From IMG/VR virus record IMGVR_UViG_3300045051_001056, positions 33,746 through 97,745 of that record: a stretch of DNA of 64,000 bases. One strand, written 5' to 3'. Source of the stretch: a virus. The notes beneath the pieces were generated by a model, which was not told the origin of the DNA, did no database searches, and saw only the letters and a list, made by a program, of their open reading frames with translations. The position numbers and the translations under genes were made by a program. This document shows positions 19,187 through 29,489 of the stretch, in pieces (position 1 is the first letter of the stretch; the number at the start of each line of letters is the position of its first letter).

Positions 19187-19536
19187 GTGAATTAATTCTC
19201 TTATTGGTCCTCATCTTTCATTGGTTAGCAGATTTTGTATTCCAAAAAGAAGAAGATCAAATTAATAAATCCCATAGTTTCCACCATTTGCTCAATCATG
19301 CCATATGGTATTCCCTGATAATGTGGACCCTATTCCTTATCATTCTTCCAGCAAAGACTCATGTTTACGCATGGGCAATAACCCTATTGTCTCATACTAG
19401 TATTGATTTCTTTTCGAGTAAATTAAATAAAAAATTATGGGACGCTGGTAGAATCCATTACTTTTTTGTCAATATGGGATTTGATCAGGTCTTACATTAT
19501 ATACAATTATATCTTACAGTTAAATATCTTTTATAA
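19183..19536 (+). CDS. DUF3307-like membrane protein
   Basis: HWLADFVFQ...H...H..ID...DQVLH. Confidence 0.8.
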   Translation: MSELILLLVLIFHWLADFVFQKEEDQINKSHSFHHLLNHAIWYSLIMWTLFLIILPAKTHVYAWAITLLSHTSIDFFSSKLNKKLWDAGRIHYFFVNMGFDQVLHYIQLYLTVKYLL

Positions 19537-19539
19537 AAA

Positions 19540-19947
19540 ATGAACAAGAAAATCGCAGTTTACGGAAGTTTGAGAGAGGGAATGGGAAATTATGGACTAA
19601 TCGCCCATGCTATAAAATTATCAACAGAAGATGTTGAATTGCCATTTGCTATGGCTGATTTGGGGGGATTTCCGGGATTATACCCATCAGAAGAGAAACA
19701 TAAAATTAAAATTGAAGTTTTTGAAGTTGATGAAAATACTTTTAAAAATGTTGAACGCCTTGAAGGTTATCCTAATTTTTATGATAGGGCTAATATCGAT
19801 ACCAGTGTTGGTACCGCTGGTATATATTTTCTTCATAATACGCGGTATAGCAATGGCAGAATGGTTGAAAAATTTGATGGTGTATTTGACTGGACCAGGC
19901 ACTATAATAAAAAAGTTGAAAATACGAGAAAAGAATATTATAGATAA
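19540..19947 (+). CDS. gamma-glutamylcyclotransferase (GGCT/AIG2-like)
   Basis: VYGSLREGMGN, LGGFPGL, ERLEGYPNFYDR. Confidence 0.9.
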   Translation: MNKKIAVYGSLREGMGNYGLIAHAIKLSTEDVELPFAMADLGGFPGLYPSEEKHKIKIEVFEVDENTFKNVERLEGYPNFYDRANIDTSVGTAGIYFLHNTRYSNGRMVEKFDGVFDWTRHYNKKVENTRKEYYR

Positions 19948-19960
19948 GAAAGAGAGAAAA

Positions 19961-20206
19961 ATGAGAGTATCTATTAAATTTTTCGAAAAAGACCGAGGCG
20001 ATATAACCGGTGGAACATATGTGCAAAAAGCCATTAGAACGATATTTGTAAAAAATAATTCTTCCCTAGAGGAATATATCCTAGATCTTACAGATAGAAC
20101 TGGGGGAAAATATCGCAAGATGGCGGATAAGAATGAGTATCAATATGAGTCAGAATGGGGTACATTAAAAATAGAAACATTCAAACATTCAGGTGATGAA
20201 TTATAG
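19961..20206 (+). CDS. hypothetical protein
   Basis: MRVSIKFFEK start inferred; the longer ORF-track call overlaps GGCT. Confidence 0.5.
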   Translation: MRVSIKFFEKDRGDITGGTYVQKAIRTIFVKNNSSLEEYILDLTDRTGGKYRKMADKNEYQYESEWGTLKIETFKHSGDEL

Positions 20207-20969
20207 AGTTAAACTTCGTAGTAAAAATCCTTCTGCTTCTAAGTTGAGAAGTATGTTGAGGAGTATTAGGTGTAATAATCCTTTCCTTGTGAGGTTGGGA
20301 AGCAGAACGCCTCTTGCAGAAATTTTTCCCAGAAATAACTCTAGGGTAATAGAGTTAAATACAATAGAAGCTATTGAAAATAGTAGGAATAAGTTGAGAA
20401 TGAAAGCCTGCTTCAATACGGAAGGTATTTCTCATGCAAAATGGTTTCCCAGAGAGCAATTCAATAATGATCCCCAACAGGCTAAATATCCAATTGTTGT
20501 AAAACAAATATTTGGATTTAAGGGACATGGAATGAGATTGGTTGAGAAGCTGGAAGATTTTAGGCCTATACCAGACGGCAGCTATGTTGAAGAATTCAAA
20601 AATTTCTCGAGAGAATATAGGATTCACTGCACAAGAGATGAATCGTTTTTAGCATGGAGAAAACTTCGTCGTGAAGATGCAAAAGAGAGATGGTTTTTCA
20701 ATTCCACAAATTGTAATTGGGTCAGCGAGGAACACGAAATGTTTCAAAAACCTAAAATCTGGAATCTCATGTGCGAACATGCCCAAAGAGCTATATCTGC
20801 TACTGGACTAACAATAGGTGCAGTTGATGTAAGATGCAAATCAGATGCTAAGTCAGAAAAGGATTTCATAATATTAGAAGTAAATTCCGCTCCAGAACTT
20901 GGAGAAGTTGGAACCGAATCATATTTTAAAGTAATTAAAAAAATAGTAGAAGATAATGATACCAAATAG
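20193..20969 (+). CDS. ATP-grasp peptide ligase (RimK/phiEco32-like)
   Basis: NKLRMK, YPIVVK, GHGM, EYRIH, GAVDV, ILEVNSAP. Confidence 0.9.
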   Translation: MMNYRVKLRSKNPSASKLRSMLRSIRCNNPFLVRLGSRTPLAEIFPRNNSRVIELNTIEAIENSRNKLRMKACFNTEGISHAKWFPREQFNNDPQQAKYPIVVKQIFGFKGHGMRLVEKLEDFRPIPDGSYVEEFKNFSREYRIHCTRDESFLAWRKLRREDAKERWFFNSTNCNWVSEEHEMFQKPKIWNLMCEHAQRAISATGLTIGAVDVRCKSDAKSEKDFIILEVNSAPELGEVGTESYFKVIKKIVEDNDTK

Positions 20970-22098
20970 CGCAACTATTTCTATTTTCCGCAATAAGAAT
21001 TATCAGTTTACTCAAACTGGGTGTACAGAATTTCCTTCCGGAGATCCAAATATACATGAACACATAAGTCTTGGAATATATACCCTCTTAGACCCCTCTG
21101 TCAAAAGAACAATAGAACCACAAGTAGGTAAATTATTTGGGAATGAGTATTCTATCGATAAATATCTAGAAGATTACGTAGATCTTTTAATGGAGATTTT
21201 TGGAAAGTTAAATACTGACGGAAAGACTTTTTTCTCCAAATATACCATTCAAGATCTTTGTACAGATGCACAAAAATGTGGTAGCGGGATCAGTAGCAAT
21301 GTGGACGATAAAAATATGTTTATCTATATTTCTGGTTTTAATCCACTAAAAATTTCCAAAGATAGTGAACAAGTCATTGGCATAAGAATTAATTGTCATG
21401 AAATTCGAGCAAAAGTTTGGAAATCTGGGTATGCTAGATGTAGGAAGGTTCAGCTAGCACATACTGCTTTGCGATACATATATTCATCTGGGTATATGAT
21501 TCCTATAATATCAGTAAAACTATGGAAAGATCATGGACTATCTGCTTGGGATGCATTGTATTTTGGAACCCTAATCAAATACGGTCATCAGCCATATTAC
21601 AATGATTTTGGAGATTTATATAATCATTCGAACATGAAATATGTTTCTGAAGAGGATTTTCAAAAAAGATTTTTTGATGAAAAGCTCAATAATAGCGTTA
21701 TGGAGCATTTCAAGCCAGAGGAAAATTATATTCGCAAACATCTTGACTTAGATGTGGAAGAAGAAAATCTTTCCTCGAAATTATTAGTTCGTAAAATGTA
21801 TGAATCTATTGGCTTGACATATCGCAATTCGGACACATCGATGATATCATTATTGACAAATAGTGCATTTGAAAAGTGTTTGTTGCAATTAATTGAGACG
21901 TCAAAGGCTAAGGAAGAAGATTTGCTTATAAAAAATAATTTTAAATTTATTAAAAAGTTATTTAAATCTGCAGTTGTTGGCGCGAAATATGAAGGATATG
22001 TCCTTAAGAAAAGTAGGCTAAAAAGAATCATCTTTAAAGACGAAAATGAAACGCCATTATCAATTTTACCAACAAGTAAATATATTGAGATATTATGA
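20956..22098 (+). CDS. hypothetical protein within the ligase cluster
   Basis: 380-aa ORF overlapping the ATP-grasp stop. Confidence 0.65.
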   Translation: MIPNSATISIFRNKNYQFTQTGCTEFPSGDPNIHEHISLGIYTLLDPSVKRTIEPQVGKLFGNEYSIDKYLEDYVDLLMEIFGKLNTDGKTFFSKYTIQDLCTDAQKCGSGISSNVDDKNMFIYISGFNPLKISKDSEQVIGIRINCHEIRAKVWKSGYARCRKVQLAHTALRYIYSSGYMIPIISVKLWKDHGLSAWDALYFGTLIKYGHQPYYNDFGDLYNHSNMKYVSEEDFQKRFFDEKLNNSVMEHFKPEENYIRKHLDLDVEEENLSSKLLVRKMYESIGLTYRNSDTSMISLLTNSAFEKCLLQLIETSKAKEEDLLIKNNFKFIKKLFKSAVVGAKYEGYVLKKSRLKRIIFKDENETPLSILPTSKYIEIL

Positions 22099-22211
22099 TA
22101 ATAAAAATAGATCCCAACGATAAGAGGCAGGTTCAATATGCTAATTATTGGATAGAATTTAGTAAGCGTCTTAAAAAAAATTAGTAAACAAATCCTCAAA
22201 AAACAAAAGAA

Positions 22212-23042
22212 ATGAAATTTACAATAGGTAGTGATCCAGAAGCATTCATAATTAATGATTCATCCGGCAAGGTAGTTTCTGCAAAAAGATTTACCCTTGG
22301 CACAAAAGATGATCCAGAGGTTTTAGGTGGCGGATATGCTATTTTAAATGACAATATTCTAATCGAAGGGAATGTGCCTCCGGCTAATAATAAGGAAGAA
22401 TTTGTGATTAACATGACAAATTTGTGGAATGTCATGAACGATAGGGCTAAAGAGAGAGAGGCCCATCTACATAATGCAGATTGCATGGAAATTACAGATG
22501 CACTTTTTAATACCCCAGAAGCCCAAGAATTTGGATGCTCATCATTTAGAGATGCATGGAATGATATGATCGAAATATCGACTCCACAATTAGAAGGCCT
22601 TACGAGGCCAGCAGGTTGCCATATTCATATTGGATTTGAAAAAAATCTACTTGAAAAATATGGGCACCATTTTAGGCAAGCGGTAGTTAGATTATTTGAC
22701 ATGAATATTACCCTGCCGGCAATCAAGATTACTGGGAAAAATTATAGAACAAATAATTTATATGGTCTTCTTGGCGCATGTAGAATAACTTCATATGGAG
22801 TTGAATGTAGGTCTCTTGGGGGAACATTTTTCGATCTAAAATATTTTGAATGGATTTACGATAAGGTTGAAGGAGTGATTGAGACAATATATTGGGAAAA
22901 TAATATTGAAAAGAATCTATCCTTCATATTAGGTCTTCCTAGTATTCATACCTACAATCTAGATACTAGAATAAGAATGATTGAACAATCTAAATCATCT
23001 TTAATTAAAGGAATTTTTAAAAACTCTAAAATCATTGCTTAA
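22212..23042 (+). CDS. phiEco32-like COOH-NH2 ligase type 2
   Basis: IGSDPEAF, GTKDDP, DNILIEGNVPPA, AGCHIHIG, YGVECRSL. Confidence 0.9.
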   Translation: MKFTIGSDPEAFIINDSSGKVVSAKRFTLGTKDDPEVLGGGYAILNDNILIEGNVPPANNKEEFVINMTNLWNVMNDRAKEREAHLHNADCMEITDALFNTPEAQEFGCSSFRDAWNDMIEISTPQLEGLTRPAGCHIHIGFEKNLLEKYGHHFRQAVVRLFDMNITLPAIKITGKNYRTNNLYGLLGACRITSYGVECRSLGGTFFDLKYFEWIYDKVEGVIETIYWENNIEKNLSFILGLPSIHTYNLDTRIRMIEQSKSSLIKGIFKNSKIIA

Positions 23043-24961
23043 TGTGTAGCACTTATATTGCGAATATAATCTTAATTTCACTTTTAATACACGGTATTCT
23101 ATTTCTAATACTTAAACCAAAGCTCAACACATTAAATTGTGGCATTTGGGCGTGGTCTGCGAATACTAAAGAAGAATGGACCCCTTTGGAAAAATTTAAA
23201 TTCATTATCCTCGGTATGGAAATGGATTCTAGGGGTGGTGATGGCTGTGGAATAGCCTATGATAATCTTATATGTAAAACTGAGGAAGTAAAAAAGTTTA
23301 ATGACTTTTGGCGACAAGATCCAGTTCCCGACATATTAGATCAGCCTGTAATTATGGGTCATGATAGGAGGGCTAGTGTAGGAGCAAAAACCTATAACAA
23401 TACTCAGCCAATATTTTTCCCAGAAAGTGAGAGTGTTAAAATATGTTCAATTCTTTCTCATAATGGAACTTTGTATAATCATGAAGAATTGTTAAGAAAA
23501 TACAAAGCACATATAGGATTCGAAAAGGAACTTGATAAAATGTCTGATAGTCAGATGTTGGCGATATTAATAGAAAAAGTTGGCTGGAAAATTCTCGATG
23601 AATATATTGGATCTGCTTCAATTGTATATATGCATGCGTCTGAGCCGGGAGTAATGTATGTTTATCATGGAAGATCCAAGAACACTAAATATGTTCAAAC
23701 AGAATCCGAAGAAAGGCCACTATTTTATGGTGTCGACAATAATCAATTATGGTTTTGTAGCACAAAAGATGCATTGACGAAAATCATTTCCAATACTGAA
23801 GCTATTTGTGAACTTCCCTTTAACGCAGTTTTTAAAATTGTTGGAAACACAATGACAAAAGTTTGTGATATAGATCGCAGTAATGCCTATCAACAATCCT
23901 TTGAGGTAAAAGTTTTCAACAGCAAGAGCTCATATTATTCAAATGATTCTGACGAAGAAAATTGGCACGGAAAGAAAAATGAACATTATTGGAGCAAATA
24001 TGGTCATAAGGTTGAGAATAGGAAGTCTTTCACAGAAAATAAAGCTTCTAACGTTTCAAAAGCTGAAGACGAAGCCGTACAGTTATCTCTTTTGCCAACT
24101 CATTACAATAGGCTGACTGATTCCATATATTGGAAAAATGGAGTTTGGGTAGATCCCAATGACAAGCTTTTGCATGGCAGAGTTCTTATAACCACTGTGG
24201 GAAGAATATTTGAATCTGAAAATGCCAAAACATATTTAAAACTATATGCATTTTATTTCTGGAGAGGAAATTTAATGCTGGGGAGAACTGAATATTTAGA
24301 TTTATTAAGGGCCTCCATGAAGAATCCTGACATGAAGGGTTCTCATTTTTGGATTAACTATGCATGTAAGGGATTCGCTCAACCATACTATATCCCTTCT
24401 GAATATAATGGAAGTAACAACATATTATTTTGCAATAAAACTCATGAGCCTTTTAGTGGAGAATTTTGCCCAACCTTTTCCTCGAGAAAAATAACATTCA
24501 AAATGGGTAAGGTTGTTAAATCTCAAATGTCTGTATATAATCAACTTTCGGACATCCTTGTTTATCATGATCCATTTCCATCTGATTATGATGATGAAAT
24601 GAAAAAAATAATGGCAGAATTTCATGAAGACGAGAAACCCATAGAAGAAAAATTAGAATGTCCAAATTGCATGGGAATTACTTATGATGGATCATTGCCA
24701 TGTTCTGTATGCGGAGGCGAAGGAATAATTAGCAAGGACGACTTGGATAAAGAAATCGCCGATTTAGAGAATATTGGAAAAATGATTTCCTCCATGACCG
24801 ACGAAGCTTTTATTGCTAGAGGAATGGTACACTTGGCAAATCGAGGAATTGAAATACTTGAAGAGCCAGAGGTTTCAGATTATAATAATGGAATTTGTAA
24901 ACAATTAGAAAAAGTAAAAGAACTACTTGTAGATGGAAAGTACAATTGTAACGACATTTGA
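23042..24961 (+). CDS. class II (Ntn) glutamine amidotransferase with hydrophobic leader and C-terminal zinc finger
   Basis: CGI at residue 33, RGGDGCG, GHDRRAS, HNGTL, DSQ, ERPL; CPNC..G...CSVCGGEG near the C-terminus. Confidence 0.88.
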   Translation: MCSTYIANIILISLLIHGILFLILKPKLNTLNCGIWAWSANTKEEWTPLEKFKFIILGMEMDSRGGDGCGIAYDNLICKTEEVKKFNDFWRQDPVPDILDQPVIMGHDRRASVGAKTYNNTQPIFFPESESVKICSILSHNGTLYNHEELLRKYKAHIGFEKELDKMSDSQMLAILIEKVGWKILDEYIGSASIVYMHASEPGVMYVYHGRSKNTKYVQTESEERPLFYGVDNNQLWFCSTKDALTKIISNTEAICELPFNAVFKIVGNTMTKVCDIDRSNAYQQSFEVKVFNSKSSYYSNDSDEENWHGKKNEHYWSKYGHKVENRKSFTENKASNVSKAEDEAVQLSLLPTHYNRLTDSIYWKNGVWVDPNDKLLHGRVLITTVGRIFESENAKTYLKLYAFYFWRGNLMLGRTEYLDLLRASMKNPDMKGSHFWINYACKGFAQPYYIPSEYNGSNNILFCNKTHEPFSGEFCPTFSSRKITFKMGKVVKSQMSVYNQLSDILVYHDPFPSDYDDEMKKIMAEFHEDEKPIEEKLECPNCMGITYDGSLPCSVCGGEGIISKDDLDKEIADLENIGKMISSMTDEAFIARGMVHLANRGIEILEEPEVSDYNNGICKQLEKVKELLVDGKYNCNDI

Positions 24962-26516
24962 CGGAAAGAAAGAGGATAAGAATGATTGCGTTTTTATAAG
25001 AGGAAAATATTATCACAAAAAACGAGATTGTTTTCTTCACGACGGAATATATTATTCCCCATTTAGCAGATATCTTGTCTTTGATAATGAATCCGGCAAA
25101 AGAGTGCATAGGGCAGCAGTAAAATTAGTTTATGGGATAATTGGGTTTGACAAATCAGGGTCTCCAGTATTGGGATATTATACTCCCAATATTTCTAAAA
25201 ATGGTTTCATATATATCGCCGATAAAGAGGAGTCGGGCAGATTGAGTAAGCTTCTGAATGAAGCTTCTGATGATGGAATTGATTCTAGGACGCACGGAAG
25301 GACTACTTCTAGATACGCCGACCACAGAGATTCTTCTGAGAGAAGCACAGAAACGACCACTACAGAGTTTAACGAATTACATGTGAATGCTCCAGGATTA
25401 TTTCTGGTGCCAGTAATGAATATTCATCAAATATCTGGGAGTGGAATTATTCAGTGTAAAAATAATGATGTAGTTGCCAGAGAAGAGGAAGTTAAAATTT
25501 ATGACAAACAGAGTAAAGTTTCTTTTAATAAAATTTCTGCTATTAATCCTTATACTTTTGAGTTAAGCTATAATTGCGAAACAATGTTGAAAGAATTTTC
25601 CAATGTATTTAATCCCGAAAACTTCCAAATCGACGACAGAACAAAAGTGCTTGCCGAACATCTTCATGAATATTCTTTCGGAATAGAATATGAATCTTGG
25701 GATGGAAGAATTCCAACTTACACCGCTGCTCATAATGGGCTAATTCCGCTAAGAGATGGCAGTTTGAGGCATGACAATGTTTGTGGATTTGAATATGCAA
25801 CTGTCGTTTTAAACGGAGCGCATGGATTATCTGCAATCAAGTCTCAATGCAAAGCACTGTCGGAATATACTGAATTCAATGAACGATGCTCTATGCATAT
25901 TCATGTTGGTAATATTCCTAGGACAAAAGAAAATTTATGTAATATCTATAAGGGGATCATAAGTATTCAAGATTCCTTATATAAATTATTCCCATCCTGC
26001 CTCTCTAGGACTTCTGCTTATAAGCAGAAAGACTATTGCTCTCCATTGCCCAAAATTAGCTGTAATGAAAATTCTATTGTCGGATTTCTTAGTGATGGCA
26101 ATGAGGCATTCGATAAATTTGGAAGACATCATCCCAAGGATAGGAATATGCAGAATAAGTGGCATGTTAATTCTAGGTACCATATCGTAAATTTAAATAA
26201 TTTTTACTATACGAATAGGGGAACTATTGAACTTAGAATATCTACGCCAACATATAATCACAATAAAATATCTGCATTACTTCTATTATTCGCTGAGATC
26301 ATTAATGAATCTATTAATGGGAGGTTCTATACTGACGTATTCAAATTAATAAAGGAGAGGTTTGCTGGAGATATTCAAGAATGGATGGAGCAATATTTCC
26401 AATTCAGAGAAAAAGAATTATCTCAATGGACCACTGATAAAAATAATGGAGCTGTAAAGTATTATGAAACAATGAAAAATGACAAAGAAATTGGATGTAA
26501 AAGAGCCCTCTATTAA
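24933..26516 (+). CDS. putative amidoligase (glutamine synthetase-like, Amidoligase_2 type)
   Basis: FGIEYE, DGSL, FEYAT, CSMHIHVG, RYHIVN, TIELR. Confidence 0.88.
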   Translation: MESTIVTTFDGKKEDKNDCVFIRGKYYHKKRDCFLHDGIYYSPFSRYLVFDNESGKRVHRAAVKLVYGIIGFDKSGSPVLGYYTPNISKNGFIYIADKEESGRLSKLLNEASDDGIDSRTHGRTTSRYADHRDSSERSTETTTTEFNELHVNAPGLFLVPVMNIHQISGSGIIQCKNNDVVAREEEVKIYDKQSKVSFNKISAINPYTFELSYNCETMLKEFSNVFNPENFQIDDRTKVLAEHLHEYSFGIEYESWDGRIPTYTAAHNGLIPLRDGSLRHDNVCGFEYATVVLNGAHGLSAIKSQCKALSEYTEFNERCSMHIHVGNIPRTKENLCNIYKGIISIQDSLYKLFPSCLSRTSAYKQKDYCSPLPKISCNENSIVGFLSDGNEAFDKFGRHHPKDRNMQNKWHVNSRYHIVNLNNFYYTNRGTIELRISTPTYNHNKISALLLLFAEIINESINGRFYTDVFKLIKERFAGDIQEWMEQYFQFREKELSQWTTDKNNGAVKYYETMKNDKEIGCKRALY

Positions 26517-27237
26517 AGTCAGAAGTTCTTATATCGATCAGACGACATTCTACAATTTTTCCCAAGCAAACAATGTCTCCGGAGAAATACTCAGTCAGAT
26601 GATATCGTCTGTCGAATGTAAGGATTCTTTTAGATACATAAACACAATTGCCCTAAAGGAGCAGATGTATCCCAAAAAGGCTTTTAATGCCCTATCATAT
26701 TGTGATTTGGCTAATATTAGGTGTATAATTTTAGGGGGGATGCCGCAGCAATCTAGAATAGAATCGTGGACCGGAAGTGCATTTTCCTACAATAGTGGTG
26801 ACAATATTTCTCAAGGAACAATATTCACAGATAAATTACAGGAAGATTTGGGCAAAGTTTCCACATATTCCAATATAATATCAGATAATTGTCAATTACA
26901 AGAATCTGGAATATTGTTAATGCATGATGTGCTGTCTGTAACAAGATCACAAGAGAATATATTAAAAGTGTTATGGAGGCCCATTATAGGATATCTATTA
27001 AGCTATCTATTATACAACGATCCAGAAATTCCTGTTGTCTTCACGAACATGTCCTCCATGGTCAATCATGAATTCTCTTCCATAAGTGCAAAAAATAAAT
27101 TTTGCCTAAACGGAGGAGGATCTAATCATGCTTTTCCAGCCTCACCAAGCATATTTGACGTAGTTGAGGCTATATGCAATAGAGGTGTTCTTCATATGGC
27201 AGACAGGATTAGTTTTATTGATTTAATTTCGAAATAA
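26479..27237 (+). CDS. uracil-DNA glycosylase (family 1)-like protein, probably inactive
   Basis: YP..AFNAL...IRCIILGGMP...GSAFS, GILLM..VLSV, W; GQDPY and HPSP motifs are lost. Confidence 0.65.
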   Translation: MTKKLDVKEPSIKVRSSYIDQTTFYNFSQANNVSGEILSQMISSVECKDSFRYINTIALKEQMYPKKAFNALSYCDLANIRCIILGGMPQQSRIESWTGSAFSYNSGDNISQGTIFTDKLQEDLGKVSTYSNIISDNCQLQESGILLMHDVLSVTRSQENILKVLWRPIIGYLLSYLLYNDPEIPVVFTNMSSMVNHEFSSISAKNKFCLNGGGSNHAFPASPSIFDVVEAICNRGVLHMADRISFIDLISK

Positions 27238-28278
27238 ATGACAAAAGATGAAATTTTAAGATTACAATCTTTTAACACAGAGGGGGAGTATCGGGCTTCC
27301 CCCTCTTTAAACTATTCTTTATTAAAGGAGATTCCTAATGGTCCGAAATGCCTCGCAGAGGATTCTGCTAAAGATTTATCTGGTTCCGCAATAACTGTTG
27401 GTGGATATGTGGACTCATTTTTTACTAATAGGGAACATTTGGGAGAATTATACTACACGGAGACCTCTAAGCCAAAATTAACTGAATCAATAGATTTGTT
27501 ATTCCAAGTTTTTGCGGCAGAGGGAAATTACGAGCCCACATTGGATGAATGCGTCAAGAAGTGTAGGGAATATAAAATATATAGTTCCATCACAAAAGAC
27601 GATAAGCTAAAGAAAAGAATTCCAGAAGACTTGTTTAATAGGCTGTCAATGGAAAAAGCGGCCAGGGGAAAGACAATTTTAACTCAGGAACAATTATTTC
27701 AAAGTACTTGTGCCATTGAGAATATACTATCATTTCAGCCAGCAGTAAAATTGATTAATGGGGAAGAGGATGAGATAGTGATTTATCAATTTAAATATGA
27801 GTTTGTCTTAAAAATGAACGATGGCAAATATCGAAGCTTTAAGGTTATGTATGATATCATAAGATTCAACCTAACCAAAAAAACCATATCTGCATCTGAC
27901 ATTAAGACGGGCACAATTCCAACACATGAGTTTGGAGGCCAAATTTTTAAGTATAGATATGACATTCAGGGGATTTTATATTTTTTCGGATTGTTATCTT
28001 TACATAAAAGATATTTCCCAGAATGGAATCAACCTATGCCAGGTGATTTTCAGTTTATTTATTCTAGAAAAATTCCTAACTGTCTTCCAATTATAGTACG
28101 ACTCTCTGAAAGATTTATGAATAGCTGTGCAGAAAATTTTGAATATAAAGGAGAAAGATGCCAGGGATTGTGGAGGATAATGGAGGATGCGCACTGGTAT
28201 CTAGAAAATAAAGAATTCTCTCAACACAGGATAATTGCAGAAAATTCTAATATTATATCAATAAATCAATTATTATAA
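27238..28278 (+). CDS. PD-(D/E)XK exonuclease (RecE/ExoVIII-like)
   Basis: LNYSLLK, G..VD, KVMYDII, SDIKTG, YRYDIQGILY. Confidence 0.75.
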   Translation: MTKDEILRLQSFNTEGEYRASPSLNYSLLKEIPNGPKCLAEDSAKDLSGSAITVGGYVDSFFTNREHLGELYYTETSKPKLTESIDLLFQVFAAEGNYEPTLDECVKKCREYKIYSSITKDDKLKKRIPEDLFNRLSMEKAARGKTILTQEQLFQSTCAIENILSFQPAVKLINGEEDEIVIYQFKYEFVLKMNDGKYRSFKVMYDIIRFNLTKKTISASDIKTGTIPTHEFGGQIFKYRYDIQGILYFFGLLSLHKRYFPEWNQPMPGDFQFIYSRKIPNCLPIIVRLSERFMNSCAENFEYKGERCQGLWRIMEDAHWYLENKEFSQHRIIAENSNIISINQLL

Positions 28279-29489
28279 TGAATGTATCTCTAGCAATACA
28301 ATTATTTTCTTTATTTAAAAATATAGTAGAATGTGAAGACAATTTAGCGCTTGGAGGATTCCCAGCATTAGTAGCTCAGGGCATATTGCCCGAAGGAGAC
28401 AGGAAAACTAACGATTTAGATATTTCACTGTTTACAGACAATATAAATGATAGCGAACAATTTATACAAATTTGCAATAGGCTTCATCGATATAGGGATA
28501 TAATTAACATGCATCTGGAGAGCCTACGAGTTAATAGAAGGATGTCCGTGATAATAAAAACTTTTTCTAAATCTGGTGGAACCTTCAATCCAGATGGAGG
28601 CCTTGAAAACGTTATTGATATACAGGCTATAGCAGAACAGTCTAGAGCACTAAAGAGTAATGTTGGGGTAGATTCATCATATAGTATTATGATATCCTTT
28701 TCTCCGCATAGAGAATTTGAATATTTTCCGTTATCTACATTCTCTGATATGGTTGACTCGTTTAATCATCGCCTTTCACGGACTTATGAACGAGAGATAC
28801 TAAAATCTCTTACCATTTCTCCGGGTAAATGGTATGCAAATAGTCTAGAACATATTAATATTGTGTGTAGTAATATATCTAACATTGCCAGTCCTTTATT
28901 TTTTAATATAGAAATGAAGAAATCGGTGGAAAATTTTATTGTAGAAAAAATGAATTTTCTTTCTGAAAGATTTTCCTTGATTGACACACTCTTTCTAAAT
29001 AATATTAATGAATTGAAAGTTGATTTGTTTGTTATAGGAAAAAGGAGCCGGGAAAAATTTACTAAAACTATAGATGGCACCACATTCGTTAGGCCATATC
29101 CAATTTTAAAAGCAAAATATGAATACTGTAGGAACATAAATTCATCAGATGATGCATTCTTAAAGCATATAAATGATTTGAAGAGTTCGTATTCTATTAT
29201 AAAAATGAAGGGAATAAATGATCCTCCTACGATAGATAAATTGTCTTTAGCAAGAGATGCTCAAAAGGAATCTTTAGAAATTAAAAAATTGACAAAACAA
29301 AATAACGAAGAAATTAAAATTCAGAACATCTCACCTTCGTATTCCATATCTTCAGATTTATACGATAGGCTTAATGTGATATGGTCACACTCTTTCACCG
29401 AACACCCTTCAGCACATGGAATACTTTCACAAATTAGAAGTAATTCCCCAGCAAGTGCAGGGCGTGGTAATGTAAACATAAATGAATAA
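28278..29489 (+). CDS. nucleotidyltransferase-like protein
   Basis: LGGFPALVAQG...DRKTNDLDISL, later VDLFV and KHINDL. Confidence 0.6.
   Translation: MNVSLAIQLFSLFKNIVECEDNLALGGFPALVAQGILPEGDRKTNDLDISLFTDNINDSEQFIQICNRLHRYRDIINMHLESLRVNRRMSVIIKTFSKSGGTFNPDGGLENVIDIQAIAEQSRALKSNVGVDSSYSIMISFSPHREFEYFPLSTFSDMVDSFNHRLSRTYEREILKSLTISPGKWYANSLEHINIVCSNISNIASPLFFNIEMKKSVENFIVEKMNFLSERFSLIDTLFLNNINELKVDLFVIGKRSREKFTKTIDGTTFVRPYPILKAKYEYCRNINSSDDAFLKHINDLKSSYSIIKMKGINDPPTIDKLSLARDAQKESLEIKKLTKQNNEEIKIQNISPSYSISSDLYDRLNVIWSHSFTEHPSAHGILSQIRSNSPASAGRGNVNINE

Noticed and set aside
19631-19960. N-terminal extension of the 191-aa ORF-track call
   Set aside because: Out-of-frame overlap with the well-supported GGCT gene; the real start is probably 19961
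24079-24093. QLSLL clamp-like motif in the GATase linker
   Set aside because: A single short match with no supporting context
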